From positions 891,950 to 955,949 of the forward strand of contig NC_134026.1 of assembly GCF_964204645.1 (NCBI RefSeq): DNA of 64,000 nucleotides, in the 5' to 3' direction. Shown here piece by piece: positions 51,786 to 64,000 of this stretch. The DNA comes from Tubulanus polymorphus (lineage: Eukaryota > Animalia > Nemertea). Both the position numbers and the translations under genes were made by a program. The notes under the pieces are model-generated. The model did no database searches. It was not told the origin of the DNA and was given only the letters and a program-made list of their open reading frames with translations. The first letter of the stretch is position 1. The number at the start of each line of letters is the position of its first letter.

Positions 51786-52668
51786 GATTGTTTAGAAATC
51801 TGTGTAAAATACATTAATTTTCCAAAATCCATGTTTTTACTCTAATCCAGTCATGTTAGTCCAGTTTCTGTTTCGATATGTGGGACCAGAGGAAAAAGTA
51901 AAGAAATCCAAAGCCACAGTCACTGGTTTTATTCTATTCAGCCAATTTGAGGACTTTTTCAGCCGTATTCATAGAGAAAATGATGTAACTCAAGACAGTT
52001 TGTCAAGTCCATATATCAGAGTCTAAGGGTACCTTCAGATAGGGAACAGACCGGCCAATAGTGTCATTATATTGTCACTGAACAATTTTTTTGACAGCAG
52101 AAATAGATAAGTAAAACTTCTTTTCAGTTATATTCCTATATTTAAACAATATTCCTTACAAACAATGAATGCATAAAATAACATTTTCTACGACACGTGT
52201 TCCAGATACTAAACACTTCAGAAAATAATTAAATATTCTATAGATCCTTGATTTAAATTTCATAAATACTACTACAGTTGTATAGCACATTAATTAGTAT
52301 TTACATTAGACATTTACAGGTTTAAGTTTCCTATCATTAGTATCAGTGACCGACAAAGTGATAAACATCAAAAACTGAAAATAAGTTTTTTAAACAAATT
52401 CACCAAGAATAATTTCATATTTACAATTTTTCAAATCAGTCAAATTTTCTTAAGAAGGGATGAAGAAGGCACTTCATCTATTAGTAATATAAAGACACAA
52501 TACTGTGATCATCATCTACATCAGCAGACAAGGTGTTAAGTGCTGCATCATCTGTCTCACATACGATATCACAATTCACATCACTCACTGTCATGTTACA
52601 ATCACACGCATTAATCGCACAGCACACTATCATGAATGATAAATTTTTCTCTGCATTGTATGTGAATT

Positions 52669-54577
52669 TCATATCTCCTGAAATGAGAAAGTATTCGCTC
52701 AAGCAATCAATTCTTAGGACAGTAGGACACAATGAAGATGCCCGCAATAGTTACCTCTGTTTGAACTTGCACGTATTTCACTTTTGAAGGTCGACCTCTG
52801 ATAACAGCATAGCAGAAAATTGTGACCACCATCACGAACAGAAAGTAACTTGTATGCATCAAATGCAAATTGATCACAGAACGATCGTGCTGTAAGATAA
52901 AATCAGATAATTTGAGAGGAATTCTCTGCATATTCAGTAATAATGATCATAATGATGAGGCTTATACAGTGCTCTGTGCAGCCAGGCAGCTCTCAACAGC
53001 GCTTTATAGATATGCTTTCATTAATTGGTTATTATATCACCCTATTATATTATCTCATACTGAATCAATGATCTCTCCCTGATGACATCCAACCAGCTAT
53101 TCAGTGCTCGGACAGATACTCAAGCCAGATACTCCTGAGAGGAGAGAGACATGAACAAGTATCTTCTTGCCTGAGGAAACTTCTGTGACAAACAGCAAAT
53201 GAACCCATGACTTGGCATGATAGAGTGGAACACTCCAACCACTCACCCATGCCGCTCCAGACATCCTGGAGTGTAACACTCTAACCACCTGTCTGGCTTC
53301 CTAGAAATCGAATGCTCCAACCACTCACCCATACAGCTGGATAAAATAGACTTTTAAATGAATTCAAAAATATCATACTTACTAATGATAACATCACAGT
53401 TAATGCAGGGTTTATGTTGTAATGCACTGAGATTTTAGTCTGTTTTCTGCAGCGGTAATATTTGAAGAATGAATAATCTTTATGAGCCTCGACGTGGGCG
53501 TGATAGTATTCTCCTGTCTCATTCATACCGCGACACATCTGAGGTCTCCTTAAATATCAAACAACACAAAAATCATTCAGTATGTCTACACTGACTTCCA
53601 CATTCAATCATATTTGTAAGTTGAATCTTACCCATATTTTGATACTGGGAATACTGCAGGAGAAGCCTGGAAATGCACACAAGTATATATCTTAACCGGT
53701 TCGCATGTACCCTCTTCATTACACTGCGTTAGATTCCAATTATACGGTAATGAAAACGTAATATTGACGTCTTCCTGGGCTGCAGCACCTGCAAATAAAC
53801 CGATCGATTATCATTTGAGGTCAGTGAATTCACGCTGCATGAATAACGAACTATCACAAACCTTTTAGGCCGAGCTGTTGCCCCTTAACAACTCCGTGTA
53901 AATGTGTTACATTATTTCGAATACGAAGAAAATCTGTTTTAGGATGAACCGTTAAAAGGAGCGACACGGAATAATTCCTGAAGATAAAAAAAAGAAATCA
54001 TGAAAGTAGGTCCTGTGTTTGTAGATAAGGCTCACAGCTGAGAGGTGGTGGATTCGAACCCCAGTGAACCTATGGATAAATGCTTCAGGGGCCACCGGGT
54101 TATAATGTGAATTATTCTAATTGAAGAGATTTCCTAAGTACTGGAAAGAAAGTTGTCTTTAAGCCAAAGGGAATCGAAATATTTACCTAGATGTTTCATA
54201 AGTTAATATCCCATCATCATTTTCATCCGGGGCTGAATTTTCTTTCACTTGAGGTGGTGAATTCACGACAGGCGCGTTGTGCTCGGAATCCTTACCAGTT
54301 ACACAAAATTCCAACCGCGAGAAGCTCTCGAGAAAAACATTCCAATCCTAAAATTTGTATTTAGATTTATTAGATAAACGATGGTAAGGATATCTGGTTG
54401 TGATGATATTGAAAGCTTTACCTCGGCAAAATTAGGATCCTTTATTTCATTAACTTTGATTATGTAAGACAATGTTAACAGTACAATGGCGAACAATGAT
54501 ATGCTGATCATGAATAACACAAGTGGCGGTCGACTCGTCACAAAACCCTTCACATTTTCTACAGGAGTAAGAGCCAT
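52669..54577 (-). CDS. TMEM248: Transmembrane protein 248-like
   Basis: MALTPVENVKGFVTSRPPLVLFMISIS...DWNVFL...NVTHL...NITFSLP...ASPAVFPV...DRSVINLHLMHTSYFLFVMVVTIFCYAVIRGRPSK across ~7 exons, matching recalled TMEM248 motifs. The final tiny exon (EI*, 52669-52677) is uncertain. Confidence 0.92.
52937..53340 (-). mobile_element. tRNA-derived SINE with duplicated head in a TMEM248 intron
   Basis: The minus strand has repeated A-box-like heads (ATGGGTGAGTGGTTGGAG twice, plus GTGGTTAGAG) and a degenerate B box GGGTTCA. It ends in an L2-like tail AAAGCGCTGTTGAG...GCACTGTATAAG...TTATTA. Confidence 0.6.
54010..54110 (+). mobile_element. Degenerate tRNA-derived SINE fragment
   Basis: B-box-like GGATTCGAACCC preceded by a weak A box, in an intron. 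Confidence 0.35.
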
Positions 54578-55279
54578 TTTGAATTCTCTACCCGCTGAAA
54601 AGAAAAGGTTTCGCATATAATAATAATCGTTCTATTCTAGAGAACAGGCCCAAAACAGTAGATAAAATTCATATAGCGCCAATTTCAGTTCAAAGCCACA
54701 AGGCACTCCCTACTAGAAATGATTACTAAACCACGGCTGGAAGTGACGAGCGAACAGATAAGATATAAGTTCTGATTTGAATGCTGAGATGTTGTCAATT
54801 GTTGAATTATTGGTGATTATTCATGAGGTTTAATTTTATCGAATGAGCCATGAATGACACCAGGGAAATGTACAACGTGTCATAATAGTTATCCAGATAC
54901 ACTTGACTTAACGAAGCTGATACAGACTAAGCATTTCGCAATTAATTGTAAAATATCGTAAAACATAATCAGATAAAACCAGTCATCAAATGATAAACTT
55001 AAAGCTCACTATCTCTTTATTACTTACTGCCTTATAGCATGCGTGACACTGAATACGATAGGCAGGAATTTTGATATAAACAAATATTTATTTCACGAAA
55101 GCTCAAAACGTCAGCCATTTTCCTCCATCTTAATCTCGATGATTTCGGCTTCCATGTAATAAATTTGTTTTCAGAAGTTAAATAATTTCATAAATTAAAA
55201 CTAATATTCTTGAAAGATTTAAGAATATTAAAGAATGAATTATTTTTAACCGAATTTGATGAATCAAATGACTAAAATA

Positions 55280-55430
55280 AATACCGCGGCGGGAGGCCGC
55301 TAATCCGGGGGAACCTGTTTCAAAATAATACGTCACAGGCCACGTGTACGTTGACGTCGATGAATCGACGGCGCTGATTGGTTCAAATCTGACACCTGTC
55401 ACTCATCTAACCACGTGGATGATTATTTCT
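55280..55430. promoter_or_regulatory. Bidirectional promoter between TMEM248 and MNT with canonical E-boxes
   Basis: CACGTG at 55341-55346 and 55412-55417, ATTGG (CCAAT box) at ~55378, TGACGTC at ~55353 and a GC-rich patch, all between divergent genes. Confidence 0.6.
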
Positions 55431-55592
55431 CGACGCGTTTAGCTGTCGAGTGTTTTGATGATCGCATCGCCATCTTGATATCGCGCCGATATCTCCCAAA
55501 TAAAACCGAATTTAGAGCTCCGATGCGACTCTGAGTGCGCCACAATTGTGTAAAACGATCTAGAGCATCCCAGAGTGTGAAAATCCGGTGAA

Positions 55593-58500
55593 ATGAACAT
55601 CTCAACACTGCTTGAAGCGGCAAGTGTGATCGAGAGAAAGACGCCTCCCAAAGGCAAAGGGGCACGTGGTGAGTAACATCGCGCATACCAAAGCACATGG
55701 TACGCCATTAATTTGTTGTTGTCGTGTGTTGATATACGTTACTACGCATATTTGGAGCTTTCGTTCGGTTTTCATGAGCTCGACAATGGATAAGCATCAG
55801 TTGAAATCTTATGTTTAAATTCCATTAATGAAATAAATGTGTGTTGAAGTTGAGTTCGGACAAGTGAGATAAACAAACCCCCATATTGTGACACCTTACA
55901 GTTGTTACACACCCTTTTGATCTGATTACGTGCATTTAACACTAAACGGGTCAGGAAGAAAGTGTCCCATCCCTCGAATGTTTGATGCACCCAGAAGTCA
56001 AAGTTGACTTCGGTGAAGCTATTGTTTAATTCCGAACATGCAAATGTGAATTAGAGTTATTACTTAATTAAGAAATATCATGAGTACGAATTCATTAAAA
56101 AGAGCAGCAGGGTCAGGGAAAGGAAAATCCTGAAACAGAGGATGATGATAGGCTCAAGCATCATGCAGATCCTTCAAAACTTACTGTCAAATTTGACATT
56201 ACCTCAAGTTAAAGATAACTGCATATCTTTCCCTCAAAATTGATTTATCAATATAAATAGAATATTTATCAATTTTCCTTATATGAAATTTGATAATCTC
56301 TTCCAGAACTCTAGACTGTATGGCCTTAAAACATAAGTGTTCTTTTATTGTGTATTAGAAAAAAACTATCAACCTAATTCTCTAATGATAAACTGTTTAA
56401 GAAATAGATTGAAATAGCGAGTGATAAGAAATTCTTCACTGATATGATGGATATCATAACAGGTAAACCTTACACAATAGAAGTTTGCTTTCATATTTGA
56501 AATCTTGAAAATTGTGTTGTAAATAACTTGGAACAATAACATCCTGTGAAAATGAGACTTAATTCAAACTGATCCCAATGTGCTAATTAGTCGTATCCTG
56601 TTATTTTGATAGGCTCAGTTAAGATTATGAATTTGAGGTGAATCTCTTGAGCTGAGTTTTAACCTTTTGAATTGAAGCTATGGACCAATAGGGCCCGACA
56701 AAAAAGCTGCTCAGCGACTTAGTCATGAGGTCCAATTTGATAAACTTATAGTATAGTTCCTCTCATATTCTGAAATTGGATTTTCTTATATATAGTTAAA
56801 AGGCCGGCTGCTCGCTACGATTTCCATCCATATGCAAAGATCGGGCCCCCACCTGAGAAGGCGGCTAGATCGAGTAGACAAACCAAGCAAAAGCCGAAAC
56901 CAGACCCAACTGCTGCCGCTGCTGCTGCTGCTGCTGCTACTGCTACTGCTGATGTTGAGGTTGAGTGCAGCGAAGAAGAGAAAGAGTTTCGCATTCAGGG
57001 TCGTAGACCGGGAGGGTATGTGTCTATATTTTCTTGGAACGTACTTTTCAATAATTTGACTGTCTCTTTCATTTGGTCACTGTTTTGATAATTGTAGGGC
57101 GGGGACGAGAGAAGTGCACAATAAACTGGAGAAAAATCGGTGAGCATATCGTGAAACGAAACATGCATGAACAGACAGATCTGTCGTCAAATCAATAAGT
57201 TGTTACAGTTAGATTGATTAACCGTTTCAGACGCGCCCATCTGAAAGAGTGCTTCGAAAACTTGAAGAATAATATTCCGAGTATGGAGGATAAAAAGACA
57301 TCAAATTTAAGCATTCTGAGAAGTGCAATGAGATATATACACGTATGTATAAAATCTATCGATTACTTTATGGTTTTCAGTTCAATTACGTTAGTTAATT
57401 AGTTAAACATTTCATTGACCTTTTGATCTCTGACAACGACGATGTAGATGATATGCACGTTAAATGCTGAATGTGTAAGTGGGAGGTAGCTCGAGTGTTT
57501 CAATAGCCATGAATGTATCTAAACATTACATGTTTGTGGGTGTTGCCGCAATACAATTCTAAGTTGACTATTCAATATTGGGGCATACAATGTAGTAAGC
57601 CGTAAATATAACTCTCATTTTGGCGTTTTTGGAAAATTTACGGTCAATTTGACTTACAGCATGAATAGAATTTAAAATTGTGTAGATGACAACAGCGTCA
57701 TACCATGTGTATATATACACGTATATAACATGTGGTTTTGACGATTGGCCTATCAGTTTACAGTTAGTGGGTGGAGCACTGTTTTATTATAAACAGCCTG
57801 TCTGGCAATTTCGATCTTTCTTCTTAGATCATTGTCAAAAATAAGCACATGATAAAAAAAATAGGATGAATGACATAAACAAGCTATATAACTTCCCTCT
57901 GCTGCCTTTGTTGTTGTTATATATGTATGCGTTGAAATACATGTATTCATGATTATAATATATGAAGCCATGTTTATTTTATCTAGTGGTATAACCATAT
58001 TTGATAAATGGTTGAATGCTGGTATGGTCTTGTTGTTTAGTTCCATACTTTTCCCTCTTCTCTGTCAACATAAGTGTTAAATAATGATCAGTTTTTGGTG
58101 CTGAGCTTGAATGAAAGAATTAGTTAGTTTTAGACCCCTATTTGTTTACTGAATTGCGGAATTCCGTTGATTACATACGTGTAATAAAGTATCAAGTAAT
58201 ATAATATTCCGTATTTCAAGACTAAGATGAAAGTTGATCCTCGTATAGCAGGAACTGCCCCAACCCCGGGCTAAGGCCCTGATGGAAGAATCATTGTTGA
58301 AATTGTAGGATTACTATTTCATACTTGTCAAAATAACTCCTTCACGTCAACCTGAGGTCAATCTAACAATTGCGTAGATTTCTTGTATAGCCACGCTACT
58401 ACTCATTCCTGATACTAAAATGCGGTTGTAATTTGCTTGTTTCTATAGTTATTGAAACGTAAGGAACACGAGTTTGAAGTCGAAGTTCTGCGTTTGGCAA

Positions 58501-61500
58501 AATCGAAAAGTCGGCTACAAAAACAGCTCGAAAAACTGAATGAGGAAATACAGGATATGAATATCGATGTGGAACTTTTTCTAAAAGCTGAACTCGACGT
58601 TGATCAACATTCCATTTCAACAGCTACTGGTGAATATTTTTTTTTTCAATCCTTTGATCGTATCGTATTAAATGATATTCATGTTATTTAATTTTGTATT
58701 TTTTGTTTATTATTCTAACAGCAGGAGAAGATATTGATGATAACAAGTCAACTTCAACAGCATCAGGTACGTGTTAATTAATTGATTGATTACATGATCA
58801 ACAATAATCCATGGCAGGCGCGATACACGTTGTTGTCTATAGTGTGTGCTGGGAACAGTTTTCAGTGTCAGTGTCCCAGATGAATTGCGTCTCGTATTGC
58901 AGGGTGGCAATGGACCTGGAAAACCTGGGAAAATTCTTCAGAGATATACGAAAAACTCAGGGAAAGATATCTCAAAATTGGAGAAAAACTCAAGGAATTT
59001 GACAAAAATTGCAAAAAAGTGGAAAACACAGAATGTTGATATGTTATTGACCATGCGTTCCTTTAACAATACATGATTCACATAAAAGAATAAATTGTAA
59101 CATTTTAAATCAAGAAATTCCTTGGGGGACTCAGGGAATTTTGTTTTATAACATGGTAAAATCAGGGAAATCTCAGGGACTTTGTAAAGCTAGTATTGGG
59201 TGGGTTTAAGCCATGATAGATTTGTCCCGATGTTTGTTGAATGTTGATGAATATCTTACTCTGTTTTGAAAATTTCAGAAGGAGCCCCGAGTGATACAGA
59301 GGAGCCATCTGCTTCAAGTAATGAGAAACAAAACCTGAAACTTTTAAATCGGCCAGACAAAACTTCGATGAATTTGAAATCTGGTATGTTAATGATTGTT
59401 ATTCTAGATTTTGTCTTCAAATCGATTAAGGTAATAAAAATACATGGTGGATATGAATTATTAATAGTAATAACCTGAACAGAGTAACCTGTACAAATCA
59501 CTTAGTTCAGCTCCTTAGGAAATAAGAAGTGATAAATATGTGATGAATTGGTTGGATAATGGTATTTAGAAACATCAATAGATAATAACAAAAATAAATT
59601 GAGTATTCTTATGTATTTTTGATTATAAAGATAATGACGAATAATGATTAAATTGATAATAATCAAAATAGTAGTCAAATAGATCATTACTAACTGTTTA
59701 TTATCACTTCCCTACTGGGCCAAGTTTCATTAAAACAATTCTTTTTTGCACTCATCGATAACATAAACTGAATTTGAGATCATCTTTTTCACCTTCAATG
59801 AGTAGTGATTTTGTGATCTATGAAAGAGAATGTTTCTATTGTTTTAGTTTTGTTGAACACGAAGCCAGTTGTTTCGGCGTCTGCCGCGTCTCTAACGGTT
59901 CGACCACATGTCGCTCAATTATTACAACGAACTATCAATCAACGAGCCCAACAACAGCAGCAGCAACAACAACAACAACAACAAGCTAAAACGATGCCAC
60001 TGTTACGCCCTGCTGTTCAACAACCGACTACCTGTAAGTTTACTGGGTCCCTACAACTCATTGATTCCTTGATTGGTGCTTGAAACTCCTTTAATTCAAG
60101 CAGAATTCCCAAAACTTAAATTTTGACAAAAAGGCTATTTATTAGAAATGTTTGTAGTTGTACAATAAACTACGCCTACATCGATACAGTTTGGTCCAGA
60201 ATTAGGAGGTTACTTAATAGAAATTTGTTTACATAACAGTTTACCGAGATAAGCAGTACCAATTTAAGAGTCTCCAGTAATTGAGATATGAAAGTCTTAA
60301 GTGATGCAGACACTTCCTCGAAATTTTACATTTTCCCCCTTTAAATCTCCTTTCATCCAGGAATGACTTATCTGTAGATACCCTGGTTTAAAACATTTGT
60401 CAATTCTTGTATGTCTGTTTATTATACCATTGTTTATTTGACAGTGATCAATATTGGTAATGGTTTAGCGGTTCAGCCATCTCTGACTATTCCCGGGGTG
60501 CGGTTACCGTCAAACCTTCAAGCCGCGCTCGGTGGAGTTAAACTCGAAACTGATATCTCCGCAATCACCGGAACAAAGTCAAACGGTAATCTAAGAAGTG
60601 CTGCCACCACCGGGGAACCGAAGACACTAAACGGTATTACGAACAACTTCCCTTCGAATACGATTTCAACGGTGTTAAACACTCGCCCGTCGACGGCTGT
60701 TCTCCAACTAGTACCGAGTAATATGAAGTCCGACGGAGAGACCGCGCAAGCTGTCCTACAAATAGTGCCGTCTGCAGACGGAGACTCTGCGGCGACGGCT
60801 CAGGCTATTTTACAAATGTTACCGAATAATACCATTAAGAAGGAGGTAAACGAAACGAAACAGACGATGTTTCAGATATTACCACCGGCGAGTCGTATTA
60901 GAACTGAAACCGGTGCCGATCCAGCTTCAACCGTGCTGCAACTTTTACCATCATCGGCCGCCGCCGTGACTACGAGTAATAATGCGATTAAAAAGTCTGA
61001 CGGCGATGGAATTCCAAAAACGACGACGGCGACTCCGCAGTTGATTCAACAATATATTCTCACTCCGTCTGGGAATATAGCGACGATAGGTCAGGTCGTC
61101 GCGCCGACTGTTACGTGCTCGTTATCCCAACAGATGGCACCTGTGCTGAATAATATTTCGCAGTTGGTTCCGAATAATCAGCATTCGACGACGACGACGA
61201 ATCAACTGACAGCGATGCAACAAGTGATGCAACAATTATCACCCGGTACTCAAATATTCGCGCCGTTGTCGATGATGACTCCGTCTGTCCAACAGGTGTC
61301 GCCGGCGAATAATCATCTCAGTCAGCTGATCGCTAATCAGGCGATTTTCAAATCGGTGAATCAGTTGCCGATTATTCAGCCGCAAATACAATTACAGTCG
61401 CTCGGGCAACACATTGTTACCGGTAAATCAGGATTGATAATGGTTCGACCGCCGGCGGGCGGACCGGCGACCAACCAACCATCGGGGAGTAACGCCACTC

Positions 61501-61544
61501 AGAACGCGACCTCGGCGCTCGCGTCTAAAACTACAACTTCTTGA
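55593..61544 (+). CDS. MNT: Max-binding protein MNT-like (SID + bHLH-Zip repressor), 9 exons
   Basis: Exons 55593-55668, 56796-57015, 57098-57139, 57231-57342, 58449-58629, 58722-58766, 59279-59383, 59848-60033 and 60445-61544. Sin3-interaction motif MNISTLLEAASVIE; bHLH GTREVHNKLEKNRRAHLKECFENLKNNIP..DKKTSNLSILRSAMRYI; leucine zipper; STSTASEG motif. Confidence 0.96.
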
Positions 61545-62619
61545 TGAAAAGATCGGTTCATGTTTCAATGAACAGCAGAGTAATAATAGTAAATCTAGTC
61601 TGGAATAGAATTTTAAAAGTGTGCGCGTTTTACTTTGTCGTGATTTCAGCATACGGCGAAGTCGTCCCTGAAAATCCTCCTAATAAATCTATTGTGATAA
61701 AAAAGAGAAATACTTATATCGAGCATTTTAATCAGCAATATTTATTGATTTACGCGTGTGACCTGTAAACATTTAAGGAATTTAATTGATAATATTCCTC
61801 CTGACTTATTTATATTTGCCTCGTAACACGCATTATGTGCTTTCAAAGATACACGAAGAGATTTTCGGTTACACGTGTGTATTTTTGGTGCTATACGAGC
61901 GACGTCATCCTAATCCGTACGAGTACCGATGGATGTAAAGAATTATTGTAAAGAAATTGAAAATAATGTACAGTAACAAGAGTATATTGCGTAGAAACGA
62001 ATAGTAAATGTGAGTTTTGTAATGATGATATTTTGAAGATACATAAAAAAGGACTGGTAGCTAAAGGTGTTCTGTTATGGAAACTTTCTTTGTTTAGCTC
62101 GTCATTAGATTCGACTGGTAACTGTAATATGTTGTGACGCTCTTAGGTCTCAGAGTAGATATATGATTCACTTCATTGTTATAATATGAGTACTAAACAT
62201 GAACTCTATGCTTTGCTACCTATGTCTTCCGATTACCAAATTTTGCCTCGCAATATAATAGCTAGTTGTCTTTGATAATTGGATCTGAAAATGTATATCG
62301 CACAAGGTCTCTCACATTCAGCAGTGTTTCTATTACAAGTGAGAAAGTTACCGCAAAATCATTCCTTACTTTCATTCCCAGATGTTAGTTTAAGTATCCG
62401 TCGTATTTTACTCAAAGAACAGTTCAACGAATTCAGCAACGATCAAACATTTGAAACTGTCCTCGTTAGTTAATAGTTAGGGTATTATATATTATACATT
62501 ATGTAAATATGGAATGTAATTTATTTTTTTGTGTTGTATGTGAAGATCGAATGATTGTGATGTCGTTGTATTCCGTGGCCAATTGATCAAATTGAAAGAT
62601 CATGAATTCAGTCCCGATT

Positions 62620-62719
62620 GGGGCCCAGTTTAACAAAAGTGTTTAATTATCTCCAGAATTTTAGAGTAATTATTAGTCAGCGCTGAAAGAATGAAACCTT
62701 TTTGTAAAACTGGACCCAG
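62620..62719. mobile_element. Short MITE-like palindrome downstream of MNT
   Basis: GGGCCCAGTTTAACAAAAG...CTTTTTGTAAAACTGGACCC, with the same termini as 45829-45902. Confidence 0.55.
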
Positions 62720-64000
62720 AGCGGGAATTGAAAACCGAAAGTCTTACATAGAATGTGTAAATAGTTGTTTTCTATATATGATGTTTAAATATTGCGATTG
62801 TAAGTTTATACTTTTGGTATTTGTTAATGGAGGCATTGTCTTACGATAAAGTGGATTATTATATTATTTCGAAACAGACTTGCGGATTTATAAAATCATG
62901 TAGAATGTATGTACATACCCGGTATCATGTTGACTCGTAATAGCTTCCACTTCACCATGTGTTGTACGTGTTAGAGAACAAATCTAATCTTTCATTTGAT
63001 ATGGCTTCGGAATGTCAATTTGAAATATAGATTCAGTTGCTATGAAATAGAAACCACTCTAGATTTTTCAAGAATTCTGTCTTAGCAAGACTAGTGTTAG
63101 TAACGATGATCGATACTGATAGTCATGAAAAATATAATAGAATGATCGGACATTTTTGCAAAGATTTATCCCTTTAAACCAAAGATCATTGTTACCAAAG
63201 AATTGGGGCATAAGAATTTGGTTATTTATATCAGATCAGATCTAAAACTTGCTATATTTTAACTTCTATTGATTATATTTGAATGATGTCGAGATGGCCA
63301 GTTTTATGGTAGCTGGAAAAAATATCTAATATTATCGGAGGATGATTGAATCTTACGGTTGTTCCGTGTTTCTGCTCTATTCAGTGTTTGGTTCAGTCAG
63401 TGTTTGCTGTGTGAACACCACTAGAATGATAAATTGTTAAAAGAGTATAACTAGCTTGCAAGTCTCGTGAAGAATGTTTCTATCCTTTGTTACTTGAAGC
63501 ACATTCTGTTTAATTGTGACAATAAAAAAGTTGCAATACAAATAAATTATTTCTACAAGTTATTTTGTCTCTGTTTTGTCCTGGAATACAAGTTCTTTAA
63601 AGATTGCCCGTTATGCTGTTGTTGTATACTGTCTTCCCAAACATCTTAATCTATTATAAATTACTTTAAACTGCCTTTTCTCCTTCCATTGACCAGGATA
63701 TATGTTTGCGAGAATGTATGGGTTCCCCAATGTCTATATCAAGGGTGGAATTCACTAAAACTCGCTACTTTTTCTGCATCGAAATTGCTGAAAAGTGCTT
63801 ATTAACCTTTGCTTCAGTCTTACTACTACAAACTATGAAGACAACTTAATCTCATTCTTTTACTTTCAAAATTATATTTCTAAACTTCATTTACAACTGT
63901 ATTCTCATTACATGAATTCAGCTTAATAAATCTCAAATCTAAAGTTCTTTCTCAGAATCATCAGTTAACTTATTCACTTCGGTTGTCATCACTCTCTAAA

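Noticed and set aside
21566-61544. T-box plus bHLH-Zip as a single MGA-like gene
   Set aside because: Each gene has its own start and stop, three genes intervene, and the bHLH protein has MNT-specific SID and basic-region sequence.

Overview
AT-rich eukaryotic (metazoan, probably marine invertebrate) genomic DNA with compact GT-AG introns. Five spliced protein-coding genes can be assembled by hand: a T-box transcription factor most like the Tbx6/16 subfamily (+, 21566-25445), MORC2-like (-, 29037-49819), CUSTOS/C12orf43-like (+, 50581-51785), TMEM248-like (-, ~52669-54577) and MNT-like bHLH-Zip (+, 55593-61544). The last four form two head-to-head pairs. The first 17 kb is repeat-dominated. 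It holds a 5-kb foldback element (GAG...CTC ends, Sola-like) with inverted 59-bp satellite arrays, Harbinger-type MITEs, a minus-strand array of repeated exon-intron units containing a non-autonomous Helitron, and a GC-rich long-hairpin element. The most notable hidden feature is a tandem pair of minimal type I hammerhead ribozyme motifs (Penelope-type, dimer-dependent) on the sense strand of the last MORC2 intron. All calls were made by eye; no database searches were run, and family assignments rest on recalled protein sequences.
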